Shown one piece after another: positions 29,961-44,651 of a stretch of DNA of 64,000 nucleotides. The translations under genes and the position numbers were made by a program. The DNA comes from an uncultured Planctomycetota bacterium (GTDB lineage Bacteria; Planctomycetota; Planctomycetia; Gemmatales; Gemmataceae): the NCBI GenBank assembly GCA_963849325.1, contig CAWKHF010000010.1, positions 1 to 64,000 of the forward strand. Reading direction: 5' to 3'. Each line of letters begins with the position of its first letter. Position 1 is the stretch's first letter. The notes under the pieces were generated by a model. That model searched no databases, was not told where the DNA came from, and saw only the letters and a program-made list of their open reading frames with translations.

Positions 29961-31811
29961 TCAATGTCCGTAAAGTCCGGTGATGCTCGCTGACTGCTCG
30001 CGCTGATGCAGCCAGGACGCGACCTCGCCGGTTTCGGCGGCGAGTTTCTCGACCTTCTTCCGCTCGTCGCGCAGCGCCTGGGCCACGTCGCCGGGAATGG
30101 GTGCGTACATCGTCTCCAGTTCCTGGCCGATGCGCTGCTCCAGGCGGCGACGGAACTCGCCGCGGATGGCCGGCCAGCGCAGTGGTAGCACCAGTGTAAT
30201 GAGCAGATGCAGAATGACCAGCACAATCAAGAGGACGATCAACGGCAAAAGCGCGTCGGCCGGGTGGAGGACGGCGTTCTCCGCCGTCGGGTTGAAGTAG
30301 CGCCATAGCAGGACGATCAGGGCGGCCAGCAGGGCGACGGGCGGCACCCAGTTGCCCAGCCAGACGACGACGGCCTGCGTGACGCGGCGCAGGCCGGTCG
30401 GCCGGGACCACTCCTGCTCGACCTGCTGGAGTACCTCGTTGAGAATGCCGGCGTAGCGCTGCCGCCAGTCCAGGGCCGCGCGCGACTCCATCGGCTCGTT
30501 GAGGACGTCGAGCGGAAAGCCCTGATGGTCGGCCTCGACGAGCAAGCGGTTGGACAGCGCCTTGCCGCGGGCGTCGAGGTGGCGATTGCCGGCCACGTCA
30601 CTGCATGCCTTGGTGAAGGTCGAGAGGTCCCAGTGGGTCGGCGTCTCAATGGTGCTGGATGAGCGTGGCATGAACGGAATGCGGTCGCGCAGCGTGCTGC
30701 CGACGTACTTGGCGCGGGTGAACAGGTGCAGATACCAGGCCATGATGCCGTGAAAGCGGCGCTGTTCCTCCAGGGCGAAGTGGTGCTCGATCTCGCGCTG
30801 ATAGGGTTCGAGCGTGTTGAGGAGGACGTCGCTGGTGGCGGCGGCTTCCTCGGTCAACGGCCGGACCCAGGCGGCGCGGGTACGCTCGGCGATGTCCGTC
30901 AGGTCCGGCGGGCTGGCGGCGGCCAGTGCCTGCTGCATGTGTTGCAACAACTGGCTGACGCCGCGCGCCTTGATCGCCTCGATCTCCAGGCGTGTCAGGC
31001 CCATTTCCAGCCAGTCCGTCAATTCGCGGAACTGCTCGCCCTCCGGCAATTCGGCCGGCGGAGCGCCGTTGCTCGACACGCGATCGACCCACAACTGAGC
31101 GCAGGTGCGGAAGAGCAAGGGCGACTCGAAGCCCTCGGCTTGCAGGTCGCGCCGCAAATCTTCGTCGGGCCGCACGCCACTGTTGCCCTGGTGCAGACAG
31201 CGGTCCCACTTGTTGAGGACGAAGGCGAAGGCGCGGCGCTGGCGCTGCTGCAAAAACAGCTCCCAGCCGAGCCGATCGTGATACTTCTCCTGCGAGCCGA
31301 CATAGAGGACGATGTCGGCCACCGGCAGCAGGCGCAGGAGTTTGTCGCGGTTGCTCAGGTCGTTGCTGTCGAGGTCCGGCGTATCGACGAGGACTTTTTG
31401 TTCCAGGGCCGGTCGATCGTGCGGGGCGAGCCGGCAGTGGCGCAGGGCGGGGTCGAGCCGGTCGGGCTTGATCGACTGATGATAGTACACGACCGGGTTG
31501 CGCGTGGTCGGGCGGGCGAACGATGCCTGGGCGATGGAGCCGCCGGCCAGGGCGTTGAGCAGGGTCGATTTGCCGACGCCGGTTCCGCCCATGAGCATGA
31601 TGACCAACAACGGCCGATCCACGTCCAGCGCCTCGGCCTGGCGGCGCAGGTCGATGGCCACGCCCTCCAGGGTGGCACGGTTAAGGGTCGAGAGGGGATA
31701 GCGGTGAGGGACATCGAGCCAACCGCGCAGGCCGCGTTCCAGTCCGAGCAGTGCCGGCGACAGCGTTCGCAGTAGAGGAGCGCTATCGGTTGTCGTTGCC
31801 GCATCGTTCAT
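29961..31811 (-). CDS. Membrane-anchored TRAFAC GTPase (Era/dynamin-like)
   Basis: GGTGVGKS (G1), RPTT (G2), DTPD (G3), NKWD (G4), helical region, two C-terminal TM helices. Confidence 0.85.
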   Translation of the reverse strand: MNDAATTTDSAPLLRTLSPALLGLERGLRGWLDVPHRYPLSTLNRATLEGVAIDLRRQAEALDVDRPLLVIMLMGGTGVGKSTLLNALAGGSIAQASFARPTTRNPVVYYHQSIKPDRLDPALRHCRLAPHDRPALEQKVLVDTPDLDSNDLSNRDKLLRLLPVADIVLYVGSQEKYHDRLGWELFLQQRQRRAFAFVLNKWDRCLHQGNSGVRPDEDLRRDLQAEGFESPLLFRTCAQLWVDRVSSNGAPPAELPEGEQFRELTDWLEMGLTRLEIEAIKARGVSQLLQHMQQALAAASPPDLTDIAERTRAAWVRPLTEEAAATSDVLLNTLEPYQREIEHHFALEEQRRFHGIMAWYLHLFTRAKYVGSTLRDRIPFMPRSSSTIETPTHWDLSTFTKACSDVAGNRHLDARGKALSNRLLVEADHQGFPLDVLNEPMESRAALDWRQRYAGILNEVLQQVEQEWSRPTGLRRVTQAVVVWLGNWVPPVALLAALIVLLWRYFNPTAENAVLHPADALLPLIVLLIVLVILHLLITLVLPLRWPAIRGEFRRRLEQRIGQELETMYAPIPGDVAQALRDERKKVEKLAAETGEVASWLHQREQSASITGLYGH

Positions 31812-31956
31812 GGCGTCTCTTCCGTCGGACGGCCCTCTCCGCCGTGTCCTTCATCCTACTTCGGCCAAGCGGACCTCGGTAGCTTCTTTATACCGCTTTG
31901 CGCACCGCCGTCTCCTTACAAAAACGCATAAATAATCGTTCTCCCAACTGGCTCTG

Positions 31957-32102
31957 AGAGTCTGTCCGGTAAGCCCCTCTCCCCCGCTTCGGGGGAGAGG
32001 GGTTGGGGGTGAGGGGGAGAGAAACTCGCGGAAAGCGCACCCCCTCACCCCAACCCCTCTCCCCCGGAGTACCGGGGGAGAGGGGCTTTCGGGACAGACT
32101 CT
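31957..32102. repeat. Composite inverted repeat built from CCCCTCTCCCCC...GGGGGAGAGGGG units (MITE/REP-like)
   Basis: Outer arms agagtctgtcc / ggacagactct enclose two inverted hairpin units; the same unit occurs at 54039-54083. Confidence 0.8.
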
Positions 32103-32130
32103 GAGACGCAAACAGCTCCGCGCACCTCCG

Positions 32131-32159
32131 TTGGTCTTCCGGTGTCCGTCATCTATAAT
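32131..32159 (+). promoter_or_regulatory. Candidate proS promoter
   Basis: TTGGTC-17 bp-TATAAT, 34 bp upstream of the ATG, which has an AGGAG RBS. Confidence 0.55.
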
Positions 32160-32193
32160 CGCACCAACGCGAACCCTGGATCCAGGAGACGAC

Positions 32194-33708
32194 ATGGCCG
32201 CCGAGAAGATCACCCCCCGCGCCAAGGATTATTCGCAGTGGTACCTGGACATCGTCAACCGCGCCGGCCTGGCGGAAAACTCCGACGTGCGCGGCTGCAT
32301 GGTCATCAAGCCGCACGGCTACGCCATCTGGGAGAAGATGCAACGGGCGCTCGATCGCCTGTTCAAGGACACCGGCCACGTCAACGCCTACTTCCCGCTG
32401 TTCATCCCCAAATCGTTTCTGGCCCGTGAAGAGCAGATGGCCGAGGGCTTCGCCAAGGAGTGCGCCGTCGTCACGCACCACCGCCTCAAGGCCGTGCCCG
32501 GCGGCGGTATCGAGGTCGATCCGGAGGCGAGACTCGACGAGCCGCTGATCGTCCGGCCGACCTCCGAGACGATCATCTGGAACACCTACCGCACCTGGGT
32601 CCAGAGCTACCGCGACTTGCCGCTGCTCATCAACCAGTGGGCCAACGTGGTTCGCTGGGAGATGCGGACGCGGCTGTTCCTGCGCACGGCCGAGTTCCTC
32701 TGGCAGGAGGGCCACACCGCCCACGCCACGCAAGCGGAGGCCGAGGAGGAGACGCGGCGCATGGTCGAGGTGTATCGCACCTTCGCCGAGGAATGGATGG
32801 CGATGCCGGTGCTGGTCGGTCCCAAGAGCGAGGGCCAGAAGTTTCCCGGCGCCGTCTACACGCTCTGCATCGAGGCCCTGATGCAGGACAAAAAGGCTCT
32901 GCAAGCGGGCACGAGCCACTTCCTCGGCCAGAACTTCGCCAAGGCGTTCGACGTGAAGTTCCAGGACCAGCAGGGCAAGCTCGAATACGCCTGGGCGACG
33001 AGCTGGGGCGTGTCCACGCGGCTCATCGGCGGACTCATCATGACGCACAGCGACGACCAGGGCCTGGTGCTGCCGCCGCGTCTGGCGCCGATTCACGCCG
33101 TCATCGTGCCGATCTTCAAGACGCCGGAAGAGAAGGTCGCCGTACTGGAGGCGGCCCACAAGCTGGCTGGCAGCATCCGCGAGCTACCGCTGCGGGAATG
33201 GCTCAACTACGAGCCGGTGACGGTCAAGGTCGATGACCGCGAGCAGTATCAGCCGGGCTTCAAGTTCAACGAATGGGAGCTGAAGGGCGTGCCGGTGCGT
33301 GTCGAGTTGGGTCCAAAAGACCTCGCCAAAGGAGCTTGTGTGCTGGCGCGCCGCGATCTGCCGGGCAAGGAGGCGAAAGAGATGGGCGTGCCACTAACGA
33401 CGGCGGCGGCCCGCATCGGCGAAATGCTCCAGGGCATGCAAACCGCCTTGTTCGATCGGGCGCGCAAGTACCGCGACGAGAACACGCACGAGATCAATTC
33501 CTACGACGAGTTCAAAAAGATGATCGAGGAGCCGGGTGGTTTCCTGCTGGCTCACTGGGACGGCACGCGCGCGACGGAGGACCGCATCGCCGCCGAGACG
33601 AAAGCGACCATCCGCTGCATCCCGTTCGATCGCAAGGAGGAAACGGGCAAGTGCATGGTCACGGGCCAGCCGTCGGAGGGGCGCGTGGTGTTCGCCAAGG
33701 CGTATTAA
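32194..33708 (+). CDS. proS: Proline--tRNA ligase, archaeal/eukaryotic type
   Basis: [51 protein letters not shown]-terminal FAKAY. Confidence 0.97.
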   Translation: MAAEKITPRAKDYSQWYLDIVNRAGLAENSDVRGCMVIKPHGYAIWEKMQRALDRLFKDTGHVNAYFPLFIPKSFLAREEQMAEGFAKECAVVTHHRLKAVPGGGIEVDPEARLDEPLIVRPTSETIIWNTYRTWVQSYRDLPLLINQWANVVRWEMRTRLFLRTAEFLWQEGHTAHATQAEAEEETRRMVEVYRTFAEEWMAMPVLVGPKSEGQKFPGAVYTLCIEALMQDKKALQAGTSHFLGQNFAKAFDVKFQDQQGKLEYAWATSWGVSTRLIGGLIMTHSDDQGLVLPPRLAPIHAVIVPIFKTPEEKVAVLEAAHKLAGSIRELPLREWLNYEPVTVKVDDREQYQPGFKFNEWELKGVPVRVELGPKDLAKGACVLARRDLPGKEAKEMGVPLTTAAARIGEMLQGMQTALFDRARKYRDENTHEINSYDEFKKMIEEPGGFLLAHWDGTRATEDRIAAETKATIRCIPFDRKEETGKCMVTGQPSEGRVVFAKAY

Positions 33709-33829
33709 AAAGCGATCTTGCTTCGTCGAAATCCTGTGGTTTTCGGGCGAGCGAGGTCGCATCGGCGCCCCGAATACTTTTCCTCGGGGCGCTTTGCTGA
33801 CCGAATGCCTTTGCGAAAACATGAACTAG

Positions 33830-33964
33830 GGATTTGTCGATACCAAGGGACGGATTTGGATAAAGGACCGAGCCCACGCGGGCGATCCGGACCATTGGGA
33901 CGTGCAAGAAGACGGCGGCAAGAAGTATTTCCGAGTCGATCCGAACGGTAATCTGCTGCCCTAG
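33830..33964 (+). pseudogene. Polymorphic-toxin-like C-terminal tip fragment (not in the supplied ORF track)
   Basis: Hand translation GFVDTKGRIWIKDRAHAGDPDHWDVQEDGGKKYFRVDPNGNLLP-stop; probably continues upstream through a 1-nt indel at about 33830. Confidence 0.55.
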
Positions 33965-34008
33965 CACATTATCGCTATTCGGGGACCATCGCAGCAAGGG
34001 AGTAGGAG

Positions 34009-34467
34009 ATGCCTGTGCAGAGAAAGCAGCGGGGACAACCCGAAAACGATAACGAGGATCTTGGCCTGATGGCGAACGGTTCTTCGGGCGACTGGGAGGT
34101 TGCCGTAGACGAGACCACAAAGGGACCGGATCGCTGGTTTGTCCAACTCGAAGGTCCGTCGGTCTGCTTTTCGTTTGAGGTTCCTTCACCCGAGATGATT
34201 CCCAGGGCACTCGACTTCCTCGGCGGGCCCTCATCGTCCAAGGGGCCATATGCTGGGTTTCCCGCGGAGAACGGCTCGTTGGTCCTTGGCAAGCACCGAC
34301 AAACTCCCGTGATTCTTGTCCGAGACGATGAGTACAAGGGTCGCTTTTTCCTCGTGATAGGGCAAGAGGCTGATGTCGTTGTGCGCTTCACGATTGCAGG
34401 GCAGGACTGGAAGGACATCCAAGAGGCACTTCGTCAAGCGACGGAAGACCTTGAAGATGAGGACTAG
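34009..34467 (+). CDS. Acidic hypothetical protein, candidate immunity protein
   Basis: GGAGTAGGAG RBS, atypical (AT-richer) codon use, directly downstream of the toxin-like tip. Confidence 0.65.
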   Translation: MPVQRKQRGQPENDNEDLGLMANGSSGDWEVAVDETTKGPDRWFVQLEGPSVCFSFEVPSPEMIPRALDFLGGPSSSKGPYAGFPAENGSLVLGKHRQTPVILVRDDEYKGRFFLVIGQEADVVVRFTIAGQDWKDIQEALRQATEDLEDED

Positions 34468-34497
34468 GGCCGACGCCATGAACTCGGCGCCGACGGC

Positions 34498-34547
34498 TCG
34501 CAAGAAGGAAGCCGACATATGCAGACATGGTCACGGGCCAACCATCG
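34498..34547 (+). pseudogene. Relic of the proS 3' region
   Basis: 38/46 nt match to 33630-33675 plus a 4-nt insertion, including an exact catggtcacgggcca. Confidence 0.65.
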
Positions 34548-34715
34548 CAACCCCGCTCGCCAGAGTCTCGACAGAGCAAGGCGATCTCCGAGCCAGCAAC
34601 TCGGAGGGCCGGTGGCGGGTCTTTCGGCCCGTCGTCGGCCCTCCGAGTTGCTGGGGACACCTTCTCTGGCCCGCCGACCTACACCTACTGGCGCGCCGTG
34701 TGAGCTTGGCCCGGT

Positions 34716-37126
34716 TCAACGGAACGGAGGGGATGTGCCAAAAAATGGGGACGCTTCTGACAAGTCCTTGTCAATCAAACAATGGCGCGGAATATCGATT
34801 GGATGCGCGTCCCCATTTGGCCCTGTGATCGCCGCCCTCACCAGCCATTCGACGTGGGGATGGCCATCTGGTGCAGCGTCCAGCGGCAGGCGGCGCGGAT
34901 CGACAGACTCCGGATCGGCCAGGCCATCGAGCAGGATGGTCCGATGACTCGGGTCGCCGCTGCCGAGCTTGGCCAGGGCCAGGGCGGCATTGCGGCGCAC
35001 GACCGGCGACAGCGATCGTTCTCGACGATAGTCCGGCCAGCGCCTGCACGAAGGCGACTCGATGCAGGCCGGGGTGGACGCGCTGCAGACGATACAGGCT
35101 CGTCTCCAGTTCCAGCGGCGGCGCATCCGGCCGGCGCAGGATCGCCAGGTCGAGATCGAGCGTGGCGCGCGAGTAGGACGCCGCAGTCCATGACCTTTTG
35201 CGCGCCAGGTCCAGCGCGGCCAGCAGCGAGGCGAAGACCGGAGACAGACCGTTGGGGATGTCCGTCTGCATTTGCTGGAGCATTTGCCGCTGCTCGGCCA
35301 CCTGGATGTCGGTCAGGGTGCCGCTGCCGGCGTCGAAGAGCAACTCCTTCAGGCGCTCGTCCAGCAGCGTCATCAAGCGCGGCAGCGACGTGTCCGGGGC
35401 GAAGAACTCCGCGCCCAGCCCCTGCTCGATGAGCGAGAGCAGTTGCACTTTCAGGGCACGGACGCCGCGCGCCAGGGAGCGCACCAGCTCCAGCGGCGTG
35501 CGTTGATGGCCGGACGCGACCAGCTCGCGCATCAGCCAGCGCGTGTTGCTGCGGGCCAGGTCTTCGAGGATGGCGATGGCGAAGGCGCGCGTCTCGTCGC
35601 GGTCGAGCGGCGGTCCCGGCAGGCCGGAGCGCAGCCAGTCCAGCGTCCAGCCCAGGTCCACGTCCGTGCTCAGTGGCGCCAGCGCCGCGCGGACGCGCTC
35701 TTCCACCTCGGCGAACGGCAGCCGGCACTTGGTCGATTCGCGGAACAGCGCTTCGAGCGTGGAACTCTTGACGCCGCCCCAGTTGAGGGCTTGGCCGGGC
35801 AAATAGAGAATGCCTAGGCGGTGCAGCACGTCCTCGACGTGCGGGACAACGGCGTTGTTGGCCCCCTCGGCCACCAGCTTGACGCGCAGCCGCTGGGCCA
35901 CGGCCGCGTCGATCACGTTGGGGATGGCGGCCGGGATGAAAACGTCCGCCTCCTGCACGATCAACTCTCGGCTATCGGGACCGCGGAAGCCGGGCCGGGC
36001 CGCATCCGTCGTCGGTCGGCGCGGCGACCCACAAAGCATCCACGGCGCCGGCGTACTCGACGATGGGGCGACGCGCGGCGCGGAGGCGCAGCAGGGCGGG
36101 TACATCCAGACCCTCCGCCCGATAGACGGCTCCGAACTCATCGGCCACTCCCGCGATCTGAAATGATCCCGCCGGCGTCTCCTCGGTCAGCAGTCGGGCC
36201 ACGGAGCCGCCCACGTCGCCGAAGCCCTGGATGAGGACGCGGATCGGCCGGCGCTCGGCGAGTCCGTAATGGGCCATGCCCGGATGGCGCAGCGCTTCCT
36301 GCAGCGAGGCGGCCACGGTTCGGCCGGTCAACTCCCAGGCCTGGTGCGGAAAGCCGCCCGCCTCGGCAGCCAGGCCGGTGACAGGCGGATGCTGGCGGAT
36401 GCCGCGTACCGCGCCGATCTCCCGCGCCGCCGCATCGACCCAGGCCATCTCCTCTTCGCCCATGCGCATGTCCGGCCCGCCGATGTAGCGCTGCGACAGC
36501 ACGCCGGCCAGCACCGACGAGGCCGCCCAGCGCTCCAGCGCCGTCCGTTTCTCCGCGGTGCCGACCGGGCCGTTCGTGTAGTAGCGCACGCCGCCCTTTG
36601 CCGAGGATGAAGAGCGACATGCCCAGCGCGCCGAACAGGGCGGTCACGGCCTGGAAGTGCGTCCCTTCCTGCACGAGGATCGTTTTGCCGCCATCGAAGG
36701 GCACTTCGCCGAACGGGTTCTTGTCGTGCATGGCCTCGGCCAGGCGGATCACTTCATCGAGCAGCCGCGTCCGCGCCGGCGAGGCGGCCGACCGCGCCGC
36801 CATCGGTGTAGCACAGCCGCCAGGCGGCCTCGCCGATGCGGTTATCGCCCTCGAAATAAGCTGGATGGACGCGGGCGTAAAAGAGGACCGTCACCGGCAG
36901 CCGCCGCTCCAGGCGCAGCGGCTCGAAGGCGTTGGTGCCGGCCGCATCGTCGAGCAGATCGAGCGCTTCGCGCCGGCCGTTCCTCCGCCGGCAACAGCTC
37001 GGCGAAGTGCTCCAGCGCCGTCCAGCACTTCGTCCGCGCCGCTCGCGCAGAGAGTGTGTCATCCACTCGTTCGGCCGAGAGCCGAAATTGCTTGCGCATC
37101 CTCGGCAGCACGCTCTCTGCTTGCAT
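34716..37126 (-). CDS. Divergent Glu/Leu/Phe/Val dehydrogenase-like protein with helical C-terminal extension (several indels; end uncertain)
   Basis: Across frames: EVIRLAEAMHDK...PFDGGK, YIGGPDM, VLIQGFGDVG, DVFIPAA, KLVAEGAN, LNWGGV, then HEAT-like SPVVRRNAALALAKLG. Confidence 0.7.
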
Positions 37127-37129
37127 GAT

Positions 37130-37705
37130 CGACTCCACACTCCGACCGGATCGTCGAACGATCTTCGACCGGACAGCGCCTGGTCCAGTCGCTCCAGCAG
37201 TTCTGCCGCCCGTGGCGGCGAGGTCGGCGCTGCCGTCCGACCCCTTCGGCAACCCCCCGAGCACCGGCACGCACGCGGCCAGGTAACTCCGCAGCTCCGT
37301 GAGCAGGCGTTGGCGTTCGACGAGGTGATCGTAGGCGGCGCAGGCCTGGCGCAGCACGCTCAGCAGCTCGTCGGGATCCCACGGCTTGGTGATGTAGCGA
37401 TAGATGTGTCCCTCGTTGACGGCGTCGATCACCGCCTTGATGTCGGCGTAGCCGGTGAAGACGATGCGGATCGCCTGCGGGTACTCGCCCTCCACGCGAT
37501 GCAGCAGCTGCACGCCGGTCATGCCCGGCATCCGCTGGTCCGTCATGATGACGTGGATCGGATGCTGCTTGAGGACTTCGATGGCCTCCGCTCCGCTCTC
37601 GGCGGTGTGGACCTCGAACTCCCTGCGCAGCAGGCCGCGCAGCGAGAACAGGATCTCCGGCTCGTCGTCCACCAGCAGAATCGAATGCTTGGTATTCTCG
37701 GCCAT
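37130..37705 (-). CDS. Response regulator receiver protein (3' end obscured by indel)
   Basis: ILLVDDE, IMTDQRMP, IVFTGY, YITKPW. Confidence 0.85.
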
Positions 37706-37719
37706 CGCTGTTTCTCCTC

Positions 37720-38973
37720 TCAACCTGGTGATGGCGCCGCCGTCCCACGCGGCGGCCGCAAGGGCAGCCGGATGCGGAACAGCGTGCCGCGCCCGACCTC
37801 GCTCTCGACCTCGATCGTCCCGCCATGATCGCGGATGATCCCGTAGCTCACCGACAGGCCCAGGCCCGTGCCCTGGCCGACCGGCTTGGTGGTGAAAAAC
37901 GGATCGAAAATGTGCGGTAAATGTTCCGGCTTGATGCCGCAGCCGTTGTCCTGGATCTCGATGGCGACGCCGCCGTCCGCGACCTGTCTCGTCCACCCGC
38001 GTGCGCACCTCGATGACGCCGCCCTTCGCCGACGCCTGGATGGCGTTCAGCAGCACGTTGAGGAACACCTGATTGATTTTGCCGGGATGACACAGGACCG
38101 GCGGCAGCTCGGCGAGGGAGGTCCGCAGATCGATCGCGTTCTTCTTGATCTCGTGGACGACGATCTCCAGGGTGGATTGCAAGTGCGGCGTTGAGGTCGG
38201 CCTCCTTGAAGTCGGCCTCGTCCAGCCGGGCGAAGTCGCGCAGGTTCTTGACGATGTCGCGGACTGCGCTTGAGTCCGTCCAGCGAGCGCTCGAACAGGC
38301 GCGGCAGGCTGTCGCGGATGTAGGGCAGGTCGATGTCCTCCTCCATCCGCTCGGCCTCGGCGGCCAACTCCGGGGCGACGCTCCGCAGACGGTCGCGCCC
38401 TTCGCGGTACTTGTCGAGCACTTGCAGGGCGGCCGGCACGTCGCGGCGCAGCACGGCGAGGTTGTTGGCGACGTAGGCGATGGGATTGTTGATCTCGTGG
38501 GCCATGCCGGCGGCCAGTTGGCCCAGGCTGGCCAGCTTCTCGGTCTGCACCAGCGCCGCCTGCGCCTCGCGCAGCGCCCGGTTCTGCGCCGCCAGCGCCT
38601 GCTCCAGCTCGATGATGCGCTCGCCGGCGCGGAGCGCACGCGCAGCTCGCCGCGGTCGAACGGCTTGGTCACGAAATCGTTGGCGCCGACTTCCAGCCCC
38701 TCGATCACGTCCTGCTTCTCCGACTTGGCCGTCAGCAGAATGATGTACACGTAGGCCCCGGTCGGCCGCGCCCGGATGTGGCGGATCAGTTCCAGGCCGT
38801 CCATCTCGGGCATGACCCAATCGCTGAGGACCAGCGGAAAGTCGCTCTCCTGAAAGAGCCGCCAGGCGGCGGCGCCATCCGGGGCCGCGACGACCTCGAT
38901 GACCCCATTGCTGCAGGTAGCTTTGCAGCAGATGACGGGAGACCGGTTCATCCTCGGCGATCAGGACTTTCAC
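37720..38973 (-). CDS. Receiver-histidine kinase hybrid, NtrB-like (indels)
   Basis: VLIAEDE, LSDWVMP, EKLASLGQLAAGMAHEINNP, NQVFLNVLLNAIQA; G-boxes in other frames. Confidence 0.88.
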
Positions 38974-38994
38974 GATCACCTCCGCAGACGGAGT

Positions 38995-39024
38995 CGTTCG
39001 CGGCTTCGCGCGAAGCCGCGAACG
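38995..39024. repeat. Short perfect palindrome, family shared with 46192-46223
   Basis: cgttcgcggcttcgcgcgaagccgcgaacg. Confidence 0.75.
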
Positions 39025-39031
39025 ACCGAGA

Positions 39032-39949
39032 TCACAGCCGCCGTCGTTTGACCAGGACGATTTCGTTGCCCTTGTCGTTGTGGCGTACCTCGTCCATGAA
39101 CGTGCGGATGAGCAGCAGTCCGCGGCCGCTGACCTTCTCCAGGTTGGCCGGGTCGGTCGGGTCGGGCAGGCGCGTCGGGTCGAAACCCGGACCCTCGTCG
39201 CGGATGATGTAGCGCGCTTCGACGGGCGATTCGCGGGCGCGGACGTGGACGCGGCGATCGGCGTAGGGCTTGCTACGACGGCGTTCTTCCAGCAGCCGGC
39301 GATAGGCCTTCTCGTCGCGTCTCGCGCAGCTCGGAGTTGACCTCCAGGTTGCCGTGGTACATGGCGTTGAGGAGCGCCTCGCTCAGGGCCACCGTCACGC
39401 GCAGCCGCTCGTTCTCGGGGCAGCACTTCAAGCGGCGCAGGTTCTCGCAGACATGGCCGATCAAGCGCCGGGATCAGTGCCGGATCGTTGTCGAGCATGG
39501 AACTCGGTCTCGGTTCGCGTCAGGCACTCCATCAGGCGCTGCTGGCTGCGCTCGGCGGTGCTGAGGCGCAGGACTTCCTCGACGGTCTCCAGCAGGTCGC
39601 GGGCCAGGTTCTGCTTGGGAACGTAGCTGGCCGCTCCCTTTTGCAGGGCCTGCATGGCGATCTCCTCGCTGCCGTGCGCCGTCATCAGCACGACCGGCAA
39701 GAGCGGATAGCGACTGCGGAGGGTCTCGACCAGTTCCAGGCCGTTCATGCCGGGCATGACCATGTCGGTCAGCACCAGGTCCGGCGCTTCGCGCTGCATC
39801 ATCTCCAGCGCTTCCTCGCCGTCGGCCGCTTCGAGGACGCTCAGGCCGGTGCGGCATTCCAGCGCCTCCAGGCCCGGCCGGCGTTCGAGCAAGCCCCGGG
39901 CCAGGACTCGATCCGTCCGGGTGTCATCCACAACAAGGATCTTCGCCAT
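39032..39949 (-). CDS. Receiver domain fused to RsbW-like (HATPase_c_2) Ser/Thr kinase (indels)
   Basis: ILVVDD...LTDMVMP...MTAHG...YVPK, then VALSEALLNAMYHGNLEV and a DEGPGFD / GRGLLL region. Confidence 0.85.
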
Positions 39950-40036
39950 GAGTTTCTCCTTGCGGGGCGGGCACGGCGTTGTGCCTGCCGCCCGGAACTC
40001 GACGGAAGGATGAGCGGGACGAGCCGTCCCGAACCC

Positions 40037-43206
<3,170 letters not shown>

Positions 43207-43210
<4 letters not shown>

Positions 43211-44538
43211 AAGCCTCTCCCGATGCCTGGCCTCTGTCGCCGTTGGCCGGTTGAGCAGCAGCTTACATCGGTCCCGGCGGGTATGCAAGCCGCTTGCGGG
43301 TGTTTATCCGAGCCTGAAGCGTAAGCGAAGAAGAACGCTCTTCGCTTACGCTTCAGGCTCGGACAAATACCCGCCAGCGCCGGCAGCGTGAGCGTGAACG
43401 TCGTACCCCGACCGAGCGTGCTGGCCACGTCCACGCTGCCGCCGTGCATGCGAACGAACGCCCGTACCAGGCTGAGGCCCAGCCCCAGCCCGCGCCGGCC
43501 GAACTCGAACTGTCCCGAGGCATGCCGCGACACGTCCACGTTCGGTGAAGAACGGCTCGAAAAGGTGCGGCAGATTCGTCCGCCGCGATGCCGATGCCGC
43601 TGTCGCGGACCTGGAGACGCACGACGCCATCGTCGCGCCGGCCGACTACCTCGATCGTACCCGCCGTCGGGCGTGAACTTGATGGCGTTGATCAGCAGGT
43701 GGTCGAGGCAGATGCGGATCTTGCCGGCTTCGACTTCCATGGTCCCCAGGTCGGGAGCGAGGTCGACGACTGAGCTGTTGGCGGCGCTGCTCGACGAAGG
43801 GACGGACGTCCTCGACGGCCTCGCGCACCAGGGCGGCAGCGTCGGTGGGTCGCCGGTCGAGCGGCCGCTCGAAGCGGCCGGCCTGGAGCATTTGCAGCAG
43901 CTGTTCCACCAGCCGGTGCAGGCGCTGCCCCGCCTGTCGGATGCGTCGGAACCACTCCGCCGTCGTGCGCGTTCAGTCCCGGCATCCGCAGGGCCAACTC
44001 GGGCAGGGCGAGCAGGATGGTCAACGGCGTCCGCAATTCGTGGCTGGCCACGCGGATGAACGCCTCCTTCAAGGCGTTGGCCTGCCGCAGCTCGGCGTTG
44101 GCCTGCTCCAGCTCCTGGTTCTTGCGTTGCAGATCGTCCAGCAGACCGCTGGCGTTCCTGCAGCAGGTCGTACTGTTCGCCGGCCTGGTGCAGGACGGTC
44201 AGCAACTCGTCGGGATCCCACGGCTTGCTGATGTAGCGATAGACGTGGCCCTCGTTGATGGCGTCGATGACGGCCTTGATGTCGGCGTAGCCGGTGAACA
44301 GCAGACGGATGGCGTCGGGCCGATCGCGGCGGACGCGGCGAAGGAACTCGATGCCGCTGATGTCCGGCATGCGCTGGTCGGTCATGACGACGTGGACTGG
44401 CTGCTCGTGCAGCAGGCGCAGACCATCCCGAGCGCGGGTGGCGCCGAGCACGCGGTACTCGCGGCGCAGCAAGTCCTGCAAGCTCTGCACCACGTCGGGT
44501 TCATCATCGACGACCAGAAGCGTGTGACGCCGGACCAT
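43207..44538 (-). CDS. Receiver-histidine kinase hybrid (indels)
   Basis: LLVVDDE...MTDQRMP...[31 protein letters not shown]; the stop overlaps the next ATG. Confidence 0.88.
43296..43374. repeat. Long palindromic repeat inside the 3' end of the kinase ORF
   Basis: tccgagcctgaagcgtaagcgaag / cttcgcttacgcttcaggctcgga with extended imperfect arms. Confidence 0.85.
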
Positions 44539-44651
44539 GACTCCAAGCTCCGCCGAGGGTTGACAGTCGCCGCCACGGCTGGAACACTGAATAGTATTAT
44601 CCCCCGTCGCCGCCTCGGATGCTAGAGTCTGTTCCGGGAGGCCGTCGCGCC

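Noticed and set aside
34590-34630. Second proS-like fragment (SEGRWRVF vs SEGRVVF)
   Set aside because: Similarity is too short and gapped to separate from chance, so it was not counted in the relic.
34758-34773. Palindrome TGACAAG-TC-CTTGTCA as an operator or recombination site
   Set aside because: Single occurrence with no linked regulator or recombinase, so it cannot be supported.
36842-38182. ORF-track HATPase-REC-unknown fusion of 446 aa
   Set aside because: It strings together parts of three genes through indels; internal RBS/ATG starts exist at 37705 and 37126.
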